Assembly (NCBI GenBank): GCA_964016885.1
Contig: OZ024752.1
Span: 46,810,001-46,874,000, forward strand
DNA length: 64,000 bases
Source: Eledone cirrhosa
Taxonomy: Eukaryota
Direction: 5' to 3'
Shown here one piece after another: positions 1-12,830 of this stretch. A model generated the notes under the pieces. That model was not told the origin of the DNA and did not search any database. It saw only the letters and a program-made list of their open reading frames with translations. The position numbers and the translations under genes are program-made. Position 1 is the first letter of the stretch, and every line of letters starts with the position of its first letter.

Positions 1-1
1 A

Positions 2-1975
2 AATGATTTTGAAATTGCTGATAAAAAGTTAGTCGTTAAAGTTGATGCTAAAACTAAAACTTTGCTAGATGAATACGAGAAGAAAAAGAGCGATGAAAAA
101 AAGATTGCTGAGGCAAAGGTGAAAGAGGATGGAGAGAAAGAGAAAAAGGAAGAAGGAGAAGAATCTGAACAGGAAACACCGGAAACAACTAATGGTGATG
201 GTCTTGATGATAACACTAAATGTGAAGATAGTCTCATTAAAGCAGGGCTTGACGCTATTCTCAGGGAGTTTGCTGATGATTTGGCCAAAGAGCCACCCGC
301 AGAAAAAGAGAAAGATGGTAAAGGTATGCATAGGAAAAATAAGGAAGAAAAAATTCAAGCCGATAAGGGCCTTGATGATATGGAGTTGGAAGAAGACACC
401 AAAAATATTATCAACAGAGAAATTAAGAGCTTCCGAGATCTTCATAAAGACGAGGAAGTGAATGACAAAGAGAATCGAAACCGTGACAGTATGTCTCAGT
501 CTAGCAGTCGAAGACGACACGACGATTCGAGAGCACGGAAAGATAAAGTTCATAAAAGTAAAATTTTCCAAAGAGATCGAAGCCATTCTAGAAGTTCTTC
601 CCGGACACGATCTAGGTCTAGATCGGAATCTCGGTCAAGGTCTAGGAGGGATAAGTCTCGAGAAAGATCCAGAGAAAAATCACGAGACCGATCGAGGGAA
701 AGATCAAAGGACAGAGATCGCAGGGGACGTGGTCGAGACTTTGAAGAGGAAGAGGAAGCTTTGGAAAGACGTAAGCTGGAAAAGAAATTTCGTGAGAAAG
801 AAGCAGCGTACCAGGAACGATTAAAAAACTGGATGCTCCGCGAGAAGAAACGTATGAGAGAGTACGACAAAGAACGAGAACGAGAATCTGCTCGTAAAGC
901 TGAAGAGTCCAAAGAAGCTCGGCGCCTCAAAGAGTTCCTGGAAGATTACGATGACTTGCGAGATGATCCAAAGTTTTACAAAGGCAGTGCTCTAGCTCGT
1001 CGACTGAGCGAACGAGAAGTTGAAAAGCAATTAGATGCTAGAGACAGACAGAAAGAAAAGGAAGAGCTAGAAGAGATCCGATTGAGACTCTTACAAGAAG
1101 GCCATGAAGATGCTGAAGCCGAAATTGCTAAAATGGAACAAGAAAGAGATGAACACCTGAAACCTAGGCTTCATTTACTTCCACAGTCACCTTCCCCTGT
1201 GAAGAAACCTCGAACTCCTCCTCTTCCAAGTCCCAGGAAAGAAATGAAGAGCGACTGTGAGATTGTGGAGATCAAACGCAGTCCTCCGCCAAAAATGCAA
1301 CCAACATTAAGACCTGTTGAAATCATCCCTTCCATTGCCAACAATTCCAAAAGCCCATCTGCTGGTATGGAAAGGCCACTTCACAAAAGCCTGGACAGCA
1401 ACATGGAACCAAGCATTTCATCAAATGCTAAAGAGGAACCTGCTAAGATTGGCTTCAGTTCGATAAAGCTTGGCAGTTCAGACAGCCCTAGTGAATGTAC
1501 ATCTTTCAAAAAGAAAAGGATAACTGTCGGTGATGTCTTCAGTCAAGACGACGACAACACAGACGCAGTGAAGAAACGCAAACTTGTTCCATTAGATTAC
1601 GACGAAGAGAAATCTGAAAAGAAAACAACCACAGCCGAAGAAAAGAGACAGTTGATAAAAAAACTTATCGAGCAGATTCCGACAGGGAAGGATGAGTTGT
1701 TCTCTTATCATTTAGACTGGAATACAGTGGACCAAACACTTATGAACAAGCGCATTAGACCATGGGTAAATAAGAAAATAGTAGAGTACATTGGTGAGGA
1801 AGAGCCCACTTTAACTGACTTTATTTGCCAAAAGGTAATTGGACGCAGTTCTCCGCAGAGCATCTTGAATGATGTTGCCATGGTTCTCGACGAGGAGGCT
1901 GAGGTGTTTGTCGTCAAGATGTGGAGATTGCTCATCTATGAGACTGAAGCTAAGAAAGCTGGACTTGTCAAGTAA
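2..1975 (+). CDS. RBM25: RNA-binding protein 25 (RRM end, RE/RD-rich region, C-terminal PWI domain); 5'-truncated by the window edge
   Basis: Frame is open from base 2 (NDFEIADKKLVVKVDAKTKTLLDEY, the RBM25 RRM C-terminus). It contains EAAYQERLKNW, KEFLEDYDDLRDDPKFYKGS, KKRKLVPLDY and the PWI domain RIRPWVNKKIVEYIGEEEPTLTDFIC...VLDEEAEVFVVKMWRLLIYETEAKK. Stop TAA at 1973-1975; no intron in this span. Confidence 0.95.
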   Translation, partial: NDFEIADKKLVVKVDAKTKTLLDEYEKKKSDEKKIAEAKVKEDGEKEKKEEGEESEQETPETTNGDGLDDNTKCEDSLIKAGLDAILREFADDLAKEPPAEKEKDGKGMHRKNKEEKIQADKGLDDMELEEDTKNIINREIKSFRDLHKDEEVNDKENRNRDSMSQSSSRRRHDDSRARKDKVHKSKIFQRDRSHSRSSSRTRSRSRSESRSRSRRDKSRERSREKSRDRSRERSKDRDRRGRGRDFEEEEEALERRKLEKKFREKEAAYQERLKNWMLREKKRMREYDKERERESARKAEESKEARRLKEFLEDYDDLRDDPKFYKGSALARRLSEREVEKQLDARDRQKEKEELEEIRLRLLQEGHEDAEAEIAKMEQERDEHLKPRLHLLPQSPSPVKKPRTPPLPSPRKEMKSDCEIVEIKRSPPPKMQPTLRPVEIIPSIANNSKSPSAGMERPLHKSLDSNMEPSISSNAKEEPAKIGFSSIKLGSSDSPSECTSFKKKRITVGDVFSQDDDNTDAVKKRKLVPLDYDEEKSEKKTTTAEEKRQLIKKLIEQIPTGKDELFSYHLDWNTVDQTLMNKRIRPWVNKKIVEYIGEEEPTLTDFICQKVIGRSSPQSILNDVAMVLDEEAEVFVVKMWRLLIYETEAKKAGLVK

Positions 1976-2229
1976 TGTGACAATTTCTCTCACATTAAAA
2001 ACAACAAACAAACAAACAAACAAAAACAATTGTCAGACCCTTCTACATAATGAACATACACAAAATTTCAACATCTACAGATTGCAGCAAATAAGAGACT
2101 CAAGATTCATTTATTTTTTTAAATGCCTTAATTTCCCTGCCCCCATCCTACTCCAAACCCCCACCCACGCTCTCCAATTCCTTTCAATAATTGAAATTGT
2201 TTTTTCCCCCCCTTTTCTTTTTATTTTTC

Positions 2230-2515
2230 TCCAAGTTTTCCTCTCTCCCATCACCACCCCCTTCTTTCCTTCCAACTTTTCCTCTCCCATCACCACCCCC
2301 TTCTTTCCTTCCAACTTTTCCTCTCCCACCACCACCACTACCCCCTTCTTTCCTTCCAAGTTCTCCTCTCTCCCCCTTCTTTCCTTCCAACTTTTCCTCT
2401 CCCACCACCACCACCCCCTTCTTTCCTTCCAACTTTTCCTCTCCCACCACCATCCCCTTCTTTCCTTCCAAGTTCTCTCTCCCACCACCACCCCCTTCTT
2501 TCCTTCCAATTTTTC
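2230..2515. repeat. Pyrimidine-rich 39-45-bp tandem repeat downstream of the RBM25 stop
   Basis: CCAACTTTTCCTCTCCCAYCACCACCCCCTTCTTTCCTT x7. Confidence 0.85.
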
Positions 2516-3604
2516 ATACCCCAACCCTTCTCTCTCTTTCCTTACATTAACCCAGTTATGTCCCCCCCCCCCCTGCCAATCCACCATACTCATTGTTTTC
2601 TTCTATAAGAAAAAAAAATATATATATATCATTCCCTACCTTCTCTTTTCTCAACTTTAAACAAACAACAACAAACAACTAGTAGTAACAAAAACAATGC
2701 TCTGTCCATCTTTTTCTGGGTGGGTGGGGAATATCAAACAAACAAACATACAAACAAAATATGTTTGATCAATAAAACTTAAACTAAACTAAAGCAAAGA
2801 CTTTATATTTTAATGCTGCCCAATATTTGATATTTTACTTGGAGGCAGTGAAGTGTGGAGTTGGCATTAAAATAGCAACAATACTTTAAAATATTGATCA
2901 ACAAAGAAACATATTGAAAGTTTTACTTTAAAACAAATTAAATAATACAGACATGAAAACGATATAAACACATTAACAACATTTAATGAACAACAGTAAA
3001 CACTTTTTTTTTTTTTTTTTTGTTCAAATTCATAGAAAAAAATTAATAACAAAAAACACCAAAAGAGAGATAGAGCTGATAAAGACCTTTTTTTTTTTCT
3101 TTCTTTTCTTTTTTTTTCGTTCTCCCTGCAAGTATTTTTTATATCTCATACTTTTCTGACAATATCAACCTTGCTGGAGAAAGGAAGAAAAAAAAAAAAT
3201 GTTTCATTTTTTTTTTTTTGCTTTTCATGAACAAAAAACAGAAGACAGTTTAAAACAAACAAAAAAAAAAAGAAAAAAAAAAAAACAACATAAACCAGGA
3301 AATAAATAATTTGAAATCTGTACCAAAGGAGTGGAATGATTGATTTAAAAAAAAAAAAAAAAAAGAAGTCTGTACAAGTTTCAAGCAGCAATCAGGTGTC
3401 TACACCAATTCTTCTTCCCAATGAAGCACCATCATCACCTCTCTCTTTTTCCTTCTGTCTTTTAACCTTTTTTTTTTTTTTTTTAATCTCCTAATTTTCT
3501 GGTTTTTGATTTTGTACATTTTTACTTCCTCAATGAGGTAAGCATATCCATTAAAGTAAAAGACATTCCAATGAAGAAAGCGATTATTATTTTATATTTT
3601 GTCG

Positions 3605-3605
3605 C

Positions 3606-3662
<57 letters not shown>

Positions 3663-3667
3663 GTGTG

Positions 3668-3744
<77 letters not shown>

Positions 3745-3787
3745 GTGTGTATATGTGTATATATATGTATATATATATATATATATA

Positions 3788-3824
<37 letters not shown>

Positions 3825-3831
3825 GTGTATA

Positions 3832-3892
<61 letters not shown>
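3605..3892. repeat. (TA/TG)n microsatellite
   Basis: Direct inspection; similar tracts at 17155-17225, 51120-51465, 52070-52380, 54930-55140, 56660-56740. Confidence 0.95.
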
Positions 3893-3894
<2 letters not shown>

Positions 3895-4572
3895 GCATTT
3901 CCTTGTAAATTGTACTAATATAAAACCTGATTGTTCTTCAGCTACTTCACAAAGAGTTTAAAAGAATGTTTAAAGAAACTATTGAGGAAGATGGTTTGAA
4001 AGTCTTTACCTGTAAGGAAGGGGACGTTACTCTGGTCATATTGGCGCCTTGACATCTGTATTACTTTTAACATCAGTTATCCATTTTGTTTGCTTGTAAT
4101 TGTTACAATTTTACTAATATAATTTAATATTTTACTTATTCTACTCAAACATCACTTCTATTTTCGACTACCACTAAAGAAAATATAAAAAAAAAAAAAA
4201 ATTAATATAGTTAAGAGAGATTAATCTGCTGGTTTAAACACCATAAATCACCCAAGATTTCTGTAAATGGAGGAACTTGTGATAAGGATGGTTTTTCTAT
4301 CTAGAAGGAGAACCTAATTTTATCTCTTAGTAACAGAAATATTTACATTACATGTTGAACTTCTTAAGTTCAGCATTATTGAGATCCAGCCACTGTCTGC
4401 CCGTAGAGGAATACCAGAAAACAGAAAGTGGCCCCTATTTAAACATAGTCTTGCCATCTTATGCTACCATATATTGAAGGTTTAGGAAAAGGGCTTTTCT
4501 TTCATGTAATATAAATTGTACAAGGAAGAAATAGGCAGATTCAATACATGCCAGACCATGGTGTAAGATTTA

Positions 4573-4731
4573 CCGTATTTCCCGGTGCTGAAGACTCTTC
4601 ATCCTAGAGGACGCTCCATTTCGACAACCAAAAATTTGAAAAAAAAACAACCTTTGTCCTCCAGGACACATGGTAGATTTTTGAGACTTATTTTAGGAAA
4701 AAAGTAGCGTCTTCGATGCCAGGAAATATGG
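4573..4731. mobile_element. Tc1/pogo-type MITE
   Basis: TA|CCGTATTTCCCGGTGCTGAAGAC ... GTCTTCGATGCCAGGAAATATGG imperfect TIRs. Confidence 0.6.
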
Positions 4732-5051
4732 TTAGTGATGCAACTTGTACTATCACATAAGTTACTGAATGATGAAAGTTTTACAAGTAAAATGGTAATA
4801 ACTATCACTAAGAAGAAAGTTAAATAAAACAGCATGGATATGGTGAAAACAATAAATGCAATACACCCCCACAGCAGATTTAAAATATGCTGGACCAAGA
4901 ATTACCGGAATTAAGTGGTCCAAACTGTACTTACATTAGACTTTATTAGGTAGTGGCTTGTGTGATTTATAGTCCATAGTTTCTACAGAGATTGATAAAG
5001 TTCCAATACGTTCCTGTTACTAATGGTTTCCTTGCTATGTACGACTGGTCC

Positions 5052-5452
5052 CACTCCCATAGTAACTTATGTGAGTAAATCTGCTCTCAGTCACTTCAAT
5101 AGTAACATATGTGAGTATGACTGTTTCCACTCACTCCCATAGTAACTTATGTGAGTAAATATGCTTTCAGTCACTTCAATAGTAACATATGTGAGTATGA
5201 CTGTTTCCACTCATTCCCATAGTAACATATGTGAGTATGACTGTTTCCACTCACTCCCATAGTAACTTATGTGAGTAAATATGCTCTCAGTCACTTCAAT
5301 AGTAACATATGTGAGTATGACTGTTTCCACTCATTCCCATAGTAACATATGTGAGTATGACTGTTCCCACTCACTCCCATAGTAACTTATGTGAGTAAAT
5401 CTGCTTTCACTCCAATAGTAACATATGAGTTTGTCTGCTCTCACACACTCCC
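5052..5452. repeat. 40-bp minisatellite with 120-bp higher-order periodicity
   Basis: Units CACTCCCATAGTAACTTATGTGAGTAAAT.. / CACTTCAATAGTAACATATGTGAGTATGA..; about 10 units. Confidence 0.9.
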
Positions 5453-6199
5453 AATCTGCTGTGAATGATTTACTGCATTTCTAGATAGGATAAAATTCTC
5501 CACATACCTCAGACTAATATTGGTTCCAAACAAGGCTTTTATTGTTTCAGGTAATATAAAGTCTAAAATCAATAATAATAGTACAAGTTAGGTGTAAGCA
5601 GATACAAAATATTAAAAAGTCCAGCTTGTACTTTCGACTGCATGCTTTATGAATTGTAGTTCCTGGGGGTATTTGATAGAGCTCTCCTTACTGTGTTGGT
5701 GTGTTTAGTTACACTAACTCTCATACATAGTTCTAGTAACACTCTGTTACGACGATGAGTATTCCTGTTGATATGATCAACAGGACAACATGCAAGTGGC
5801 TGAGCATTCCACAAACATGCATACCTTTAATGTAGTTCTCAGGAAGAATCACTGTCACAGATTACGACAAGGCTGGCTCTTTGAAATACAGGTGAAATAA
5901 AGTGTCTTGCTCAAGGACACAACACGCCACCGGGAATCAAATTCACAACCTTATGATCGTGAGCTGAATATCCTAACCACAAAACCACGCACCTTTACTC
6001 TCATCCATACTAAAGAAAGGCAAACACCTGAATTGATATAATGTGAAACTTTCTTACCGAAGTGTGAAGTTCAAGTCTGCTGTGGATAATATACTCTGCA
6101 TCACTGGACAAGACAGCATTCTCTGCACATATCATTTCATTTAGATCTGTAATGTTAGGGAATAAGTTTCCACTCGGCCTCCTAACCCCTAGGAGGTGC

Positions 6200-6610
6200 C
6201 TAGTTCAACAGTTACATCATTTGTGACTGGCACTTAGTTGGATAGTGTTTTCCTGAGGCTTGGCCTCCACATCTGTGAGCCTCACAAATGCTGTGTGGAT
6301 CCTTTCAGACTCCATCCACTTTTATATTGTTACCGTGTTGGTCGTCTCTTGTGCATTGCTGCTCTCAGCAAGACCATAAAGAATGACCTGGATGGTGTAA
6401 TATTCTCTTCCCATCTCGAGCCAACAGGGTTGGACTGGAGCCGTGGGATATTACATGTTGTGGCAACCTGGTGCATTCGACTACCTGCCCGCCATGCCGA
6501 AAATTGTCCAAGTATTAGCCACTCTCTGATAGGTTTGTGGTAGAGCCTGTAGCAGTGGAGACTTCCGGCATTCTTGGCCCCTGGAACACCTCCCTGCTAC
6601 CGGAGTGGAG
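6200..6610 (+). mobile_element. CRE-like non-LTR retrotransposon relic (zinc-knuckle/REL region)
   Basis: LRLGLHICEPHKC..VDP...HPL..C...GR...LEPTGLD; the 3' part GCAGTGGAGACTTCCGGCATTCTTGGCCC is homologous to the 39.6-40.5 kb element. Confidence 0.55.
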
Positions 6611-6911
6611 TTGGTTGTTCCAGTGCCCTGGGGCAATGTATTTTCTATCCTGTTGGTTGGGACTCAGAGGAGGAGGGTAAGTTAGTTGGCGGTAGGGGAT
6701 ACTTGTTCGGATGTCACACACATACACAAAATAGATAAAAAGTTTGTATATAGAAAAAAACAAAACAAGACATATTCCAAGTTTACTTAAAGATACATTG
6801 TTAAAGTAGATTTTTCTGGAAATGTGGACTGTGATCCTATCCAAGGAATATTTATATCTCATTAACTTTAATTTTACCACAATGGAACCAGTATATAGCA
6901 CCAGCTATATG

Positions 6912-7037
6912 GCTCTCCCATGATCCAAAGTGTTGGAAGGACTGACGGTGACTCTCTTCCATGATCCAAGGTTTTGGAAGGACTGAAGGTGAATTTCTTC
7001 CATGATTCAAGGTGTTGGAAAGACCGAAGGTGACTCT
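6912..7037. repeat. 41-bp tandem repeat x3
   Basis: CTTCCATGATCCAAGGTKTTGGAAGGACTGAAGGTGACT. Confidence 0.75.
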
Positions 7038-7859
7038 GTTACTTAATAATTCAGTATTTTGATCTTATCTTGAGAAATCAGCAGACCACAAATATTAGCC
7101 ATGGTTGAGATAAATCTAATTTAGACTGTCTCTTGATTGATACTTCTAATACCATGGATGTTAAGAATTAACATAATTTTGTTTAATTTAAGATTTTAAT
7201 TAATTAATATATTGTAATTAAATGAATGAAAAACTTCATATTTGTAAATAGAATGTAGCAATTTGTTTTTTATTGCTTAAATAATCTTTTCATTGAATTC
7301 GTAAGTTTTATATTGAATGATAATACTTGATTTGTTTGCAAGCAAACAGCCTCATTAAACTGTGTTTTAGATTACCAACGCCATCCTTTTGTTTGCTTGC
7401 AAATTAATGAAATATTATTCAGTATAAAACTCATGAATACATTTACATATCCGCTATGTTTGAGCGAAAATAATTTTCTTTTTAATCTTTTCATTACCAT
7501 ATTTATAAAGGCACTAAAATTTACAGATATTTTTCAAAATGATTAATAATTTAGAGGGATTTAGTACTAACTTATTTCCTTATTATTAAGCTGTTTTGGA
7601 GCATAATCTAGCCAAGGTTCTTACATAGAAATAGAAATTTAGATAAATATAAAGTATTTAAAAATAGTTTTGTAGCATAGCGGCAGGATAATCCAAACCA
7701 TGATTTGAAAGTAACTTTGGTGAGACACCGTAGCTTTTAATTTTAACAATTTCTATAAAACTATTTCTAAAATAATGTCAGTAATATTTTCAATTTTGTT
7801 TATTTGTTTTGCGATTTTTTACATTTATTTAATATATATTATTAACAACTCATTAACTA

Positions 7860-7959
7860 CAGTGAAATTCCGTTATAACGAAATTCATAAAAATAAATTT
7901 GTTGTAATGAGCGTGTGGCCGGGGATTGAAAAAAATTCATTATAACGGAATTTTACCTG
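7860..7959. mobile_element. Tc1/pogo(Tigger)-type MITE
   Basis: TA|CAGTGAAATTCCGTTATAACGAA ... TTCATTATAACGGAATTTTACCTG|TA; related degenerate copy at about 8455-8572. Confidence 0.65.
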
Positions 7960-8133
7960 TATAGATAAATTATTAGTGGGAATGATCGATCAACCCAAAT
8001 GTGTGTTAACCTTTCGAAAAAATAATCTTTAAAGCATATACATATACTTGTGTATACGTTGCACAATTTCCATGAAAATACACTGTATGCTGGTTTTTCA
8101 TGTATCTACTGGGTCTACAAAACCTCAATTCAA

Positions 8134-8173
<40 letters not shown>

Positions 8174-9237
8174 GTAAAATGGAAGATGTAACTTATATAC
8201 AAGTATATACATCACACAAATATATATATGTATATATATTTGCCTAAAGTTTCATCATCATACTGAACTAATCATTAAAATATTCAAACTTTTGAACATA
8301 ATTTTCAAAGTATTTTTTTTTTTCTTTTGATAATTTTCAATGTAGTAAATATTCCTTTAAATTTTCAGCAATCTTTCAAAACTGTTTTCATCTTTTCAGA
8401 TAAAATATCATTTATGTCTATATAGCTATATATTTTCTATGACTTGCTCTCATGACTGTGAAAGTGCATATAACGAAAAATTCTTTATGAGATTGACATA
8501 ACACATCAAGCGTATGGAAGGGAATTGAAAAAAATTGGTTATAATGGTACTCATTATAACGGAATTTTACCTCTGTGTATATGTGAATCTTGTATCACTA
8601 GTGGGGTCAACTGATCCTGTGGTTACCTACTGCAGATAGAAACATGAGAGGGAGAATGTGTAGTTACTCATCTTGCTAGAAATAGCAACCAGATTCCCTC
8701 GAATCACCATAAAATAAATTGCCAATGGACAATGTCGTTGAAGGTGTATAAAAAGATGAGATGGTCACAGTTGGATATCTTTGATTATAGATCTATTCAA
8801 TCAGGGTTGAGTTGGGACTAAACAAGGACAACTTCATGAAAAGTCATCAATCAGGGATAAACTTAAATAGTTAGATTCATCATCATCATCATTGTTTTAT
8901 GTTCATTCTTCCACGCTAGCATGGGTTAGACGGGTTGTCTTGTTGTGGGCAGACCTTGTCTTGCTCATACGAAAACTGATTCTGGCTGGGTGCCTTTTTT
9001 TCCATGGTGCCTACACGTCCACTTTACAGTTTAGGCTGGGTGCTTTTTTGCAGTGGCACCTCCATGACCACTTTGCAGAGGGGGTGGGGGCATATTGTCT
9101 ATATGCGTCAGCTTTGGCTTGTACGTGTGGGAAGTCAGGTCTTCTGTATTACTGCACGGCACCAGAGGTTGTGGTCGCGTGTGTCATCGCCCTTGAGGTG
9201 TGCAATTGGGTAAGGTCAGCTTTCAAATGATTTCTGC

Positions 9238-9309
9238 CTCCCTGGCGGGGAATTGAACCCTAGTCTCCCGCGTGGCAGGTGGGGATACTTACCACTATAC
9301 TACTGAGGA
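9238..9309 (-). pseudogene. tRNA-Asp-derived copy with a GCC (Gly) anticodon; probable tRNA pseudogene
   Basis: TCCTCAGTAGTATAGTGGTAAGTATCCCCACCTGCCACGCGGGAGACTAGGGTTCAATTCCCCGCCAGGGAG aligns base-for-base with metazoan tRNA-Asp(GTC). Anticodon is GCC at 9274-9276; CpG-type transitions break pairs in the acceptor, anticodon and T stems. Confidence 0.75.
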
Positions 9310-11949
9310 ATTGATTGTTGTAATTTAAAAGAAGCAACTTTGCCAATATACCTTTTATACTCTGAGTTAAAATCCTTCTTCACCCACGTATTCCTGAGAG
9401 GGTCCTCAGCGGATCCTGACAGAAGCAACCATCTCTGGCTGCATCCCCAAGTAAGACCAGCCAAGCTCATCCTACTATACCCTTTATATGAAAATATAAT
9501 AGTATAATAGAGTAATGTAAATGCTAAAGGGTTAATTGGGTGTCTGTGGTTGTGCTGGTGACATAATGAAAAAGTACCCCGTCCACCCTGTAAGGTGATA
9601 GTGGCACAATGAAAAAGTAGCCAGTCCAATCTGTCAGTTGATCGTTTTGGTGTCATGATAAAAAGCACCCAGACGAAGTAAGAGTATATTTGATTTCACA
9701 TAAAAATGAGGATTTTCATCACTAGAACAGCTGTTAAAACAGCCAAAATAGCTGAGAACAGTGGCCAGTGGTTGGCCGAGACAATCCACGCGATGGGTGA
9801 CAAGCAGATGAAACATAGAAAAGATTTTGAGCCTAGAAACAAGTTAGCCCTGAGCTTGTCCTGGTTTCATGAGGTGTTAAGTGATTGAGTATACAAAGTT
9901 CTCCCTGGACAGTATGTTAGCCTACTGCTAAGTTAACTTCCCAGCTGCTGCTACTCATTTTTTTCAGCCAAGTGGATGGAAATATAGTGAAAAGATACGA
10001 CATGTACCTTTACATACAGGTAAGTACAAGGATACAAATACTATTTTTGTTTGAAATATTTAATGTAATTTGAAGATGTGGGAATCCTAAATGCAAAAAA
10101 TAACTGTAACAATAGTTATAGAAGCTCAGATTCTGGATTGGATTACCCTAACTATCAAGGGTAAGTCTACTGTCCTTTTATGTACGACGACAGGCATGTA
10201 TTTCTTTCAAAGTCAGATGTCGCCAGCCCATGTTCTGAATGCGGCTGTGTCCCCATTAGAGCTATGGAAACCACAAGCAGTCACTAATAACAGCGGTGCA
10301 AGCTCACTTATCCCGATGTCATCTCCAGGATTTGGCAGCGGCAATTTGTTGAGTCGATTTCAGATGATGATGTACTCTGCTTATAGACAAAGGAATGACA
10401 GCTGACAAAGCCGAGAGTAAGCTGCTTTATTAACCACACCTCTTGAGCAAGAATCGCATAACTTTTTACACCATTAACCCCGGGTATGAATAAAAATAAA
10501 CAGACTATAAAATAGACAAGACCAATTATATATAAATCAGAAACTTCTAGAAGCAAGTGTTTCATTTGTTATACAAATGTCAAGCTTCGGCTCCAAAGTT
10601 TCCCCTCCCCAATCCCCGGAGGTTGACACTGATCACGAGGGACTCCAGTGGTTGAGGAATCTGAACCGGTTTGAGAAGAATGAGGTGAGAGAATTTTGAC
10701 CGGATGCAGCCGGTTTAAATATGATCCGAAAGCCTTCAGTTTCAACCCCTTAACAATACACACCCTGACTGCAGACAAAAGAGAGGCTGTGTTCTTTCAG
10801 AAGCGCAAACTTGCCCAGTGTGTAGAAAAGACATCATCATGAATAATGACGAAGACAGGTGGATAGAATTTTTTTACTGGTTTCAATCAATAGAGAATGG
10901 CCATGCTGAGGCACTATGTTGAAGGGATTTAGTTCATTATGTCAGCCTCACTATTTATTAGTTCTATTTTATAGATATCTTTTTGTTGAAATGCTATGTT
11001 ATAGGGCATAAACACAAAAGATAAATACACACACACACATAAATCCTTTGCCTCCTTCACACTGTCACCAAAACTATGTCGTCAGCAAATTCAGGAGACT
11101 GAGGTTAGCTGGACATGCTCACTGACATCCAGAGTTGACATTGCACTCAGTGCTCCTGCATGGACACACTGGAAGAGAAAGACCGAGGTAAACATGTTGA
11201 TGCCCTAAGGACAGACACTGGTCTCTTGGAGACGCAGGACATGGCAGTGATAATGAGAGACAGAGACTGCTGGAGAGAACTCGTCCATGGATCTCGGGGG
11301 GGAATGTTACCCGCCTTAGATATACATATGACAGGCTCCCACACAATTTCTATCTACCAAATTTCACTCACAGGCATTAATCAACCAGGGGCTGCAGTAG
11401 AAGACACTTGCTCAAGGTGCCATCCAGTGGGTTGTGAACCCAAAACCACGTGGGTTGCAAAGTGAAATCCATAACCACAAAGCCAAGTCTGCACTGTTAA
11501 CATTTTCTTTGGATTCCTTCGTTTGAAACATTTTCCCCCCAACAAAAATTTCAATGAAAATTAACATTTGAATTGTTTGACTGGAGATTGGGAAGAGTGA
11601 GTAAAAAAAATTAAATTTAGAAAAGAAATATAAATTTTTTTGCAGGATTGTAATCATCTCTATTCTTCAAATGTAGAAATATAAGAAATTATAAAAACAA
11701 ATTAACTCTACCACAGTCTAGGGGATCAAAGGCCACTTAATGTATCCTCTGGCAGGGATCCACACAAACTTTTAAAACCAGTAGCCCTAGATATGTACAA
11801 AAATATATATAAATAAATCAGTGAATATATAAAAGAAATATACAAATGTCAAGTTTTGGTCCAAAAGTTTAATCGAGCCCCATTGAATACAGGAGGAGGG
11901 AATGGAAGATGACGATATCAACCCCTTTGTGGGCCCCTGTTCTACGGTC

Positions 11950-12252
11950 ATTGGTCAACTGTCCATCCTGCTGGTGGACATGACACTGGTCACCTGTCCA
12001 TCTTGCTGTAGTCACACATGTGGACACATCACATTGGTCACCTGTCCATCCTGCTGTAGTCACACCTGTGGACATGATACTGGTCACCTGCCCATCCTGC
12101 TGTGGTCACACCAGTGGACATGACACTAGTCACCTGCCCATCCTGCTGTGGTTACACCAGTGTACATGACATTGGTCACCTGTTCACTCTGGTGGACATA
12201 TGACTGGTCACCTGTCTATCTTGCTGTAGTCACACCGATGAAGATATGACAT
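11950..12252. repeat. 46-bp minisatellite, about 6 degenerate units
   Basis: TGGTCACCTGYCCATCCTGCTGTRGTCACACCAGTGGACATGACAC. Confidence 0.85.
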
Positions 12253-12687
12253 TTCACAAACACTCAACAACCATGCTGAGGTACAGAGACACATAACAAC
12301 CCCTCTATAGTCATGTTGGAGGAATTAGATCAGTTAACAAACATATGGCCATGCTAGATGTGAAAGTGCACGGCCTAGTGATTAAGGTGCTGGCCTTGTG
12401 TTGCTCCAGTTTACTCAGCTGAAAGAAATTAAAAATGCATACCAGCAACTGGTGTTCAGTCTTTTCATTATATTATTGGGACCCTTATTAAAAAATCGCA
12501 CAAGAAGTCCTCTATGAGACGCAACTTTGTAAGGAGCCAACTAGGCTTCCACAGGTTTCAGGTGTAACAACAGCAACTGTGTCAACCACCATGATGGGAG
12601 ATGTAGTCAACTTTAACAATCTACAGCCTCACCAGATAACGTAGACCAATTAATGAACCTTCTCTGACCATGCAGGATTATCTAGGT

Positions 12688-12830
12688 CAGGCATGCTAAA
12701 CATGTGGCCCGCTGGATGCATGCAGCCCTTTAGAAGCACACCAAGGTTTTTACAGCGTAAGTATGTTTTATCTTTGTAATATAAAATAAAAAAATGTGTT
12801 GTAATGTGCGCAATCGGTTTGACATGCCTA
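12688..12830. mobile_element. hAT-type MITE
   Basis: TIRs CAGGCATGCTAAAC / GTTTGACATGCCTA; exact 8-bp TSD ATCTAGGT (12680-12687, 12831-12838). Confidence 0.75.

Noticed and set aside
65-930. Antisense and alternative-frame ORFs over RBM25 (65..586, 550..930, 129..461, 462..824)
   Set aside because: Shadow ORFs of a purine-rich, low-complexity coding strand; no recognisable domains.
1869-2660. 263-aa ORF overlapping the RBM25 stop, and its antisense ORFs
   Set aside because: Kept open by a stop-poor pyrimidine tandem repeat.
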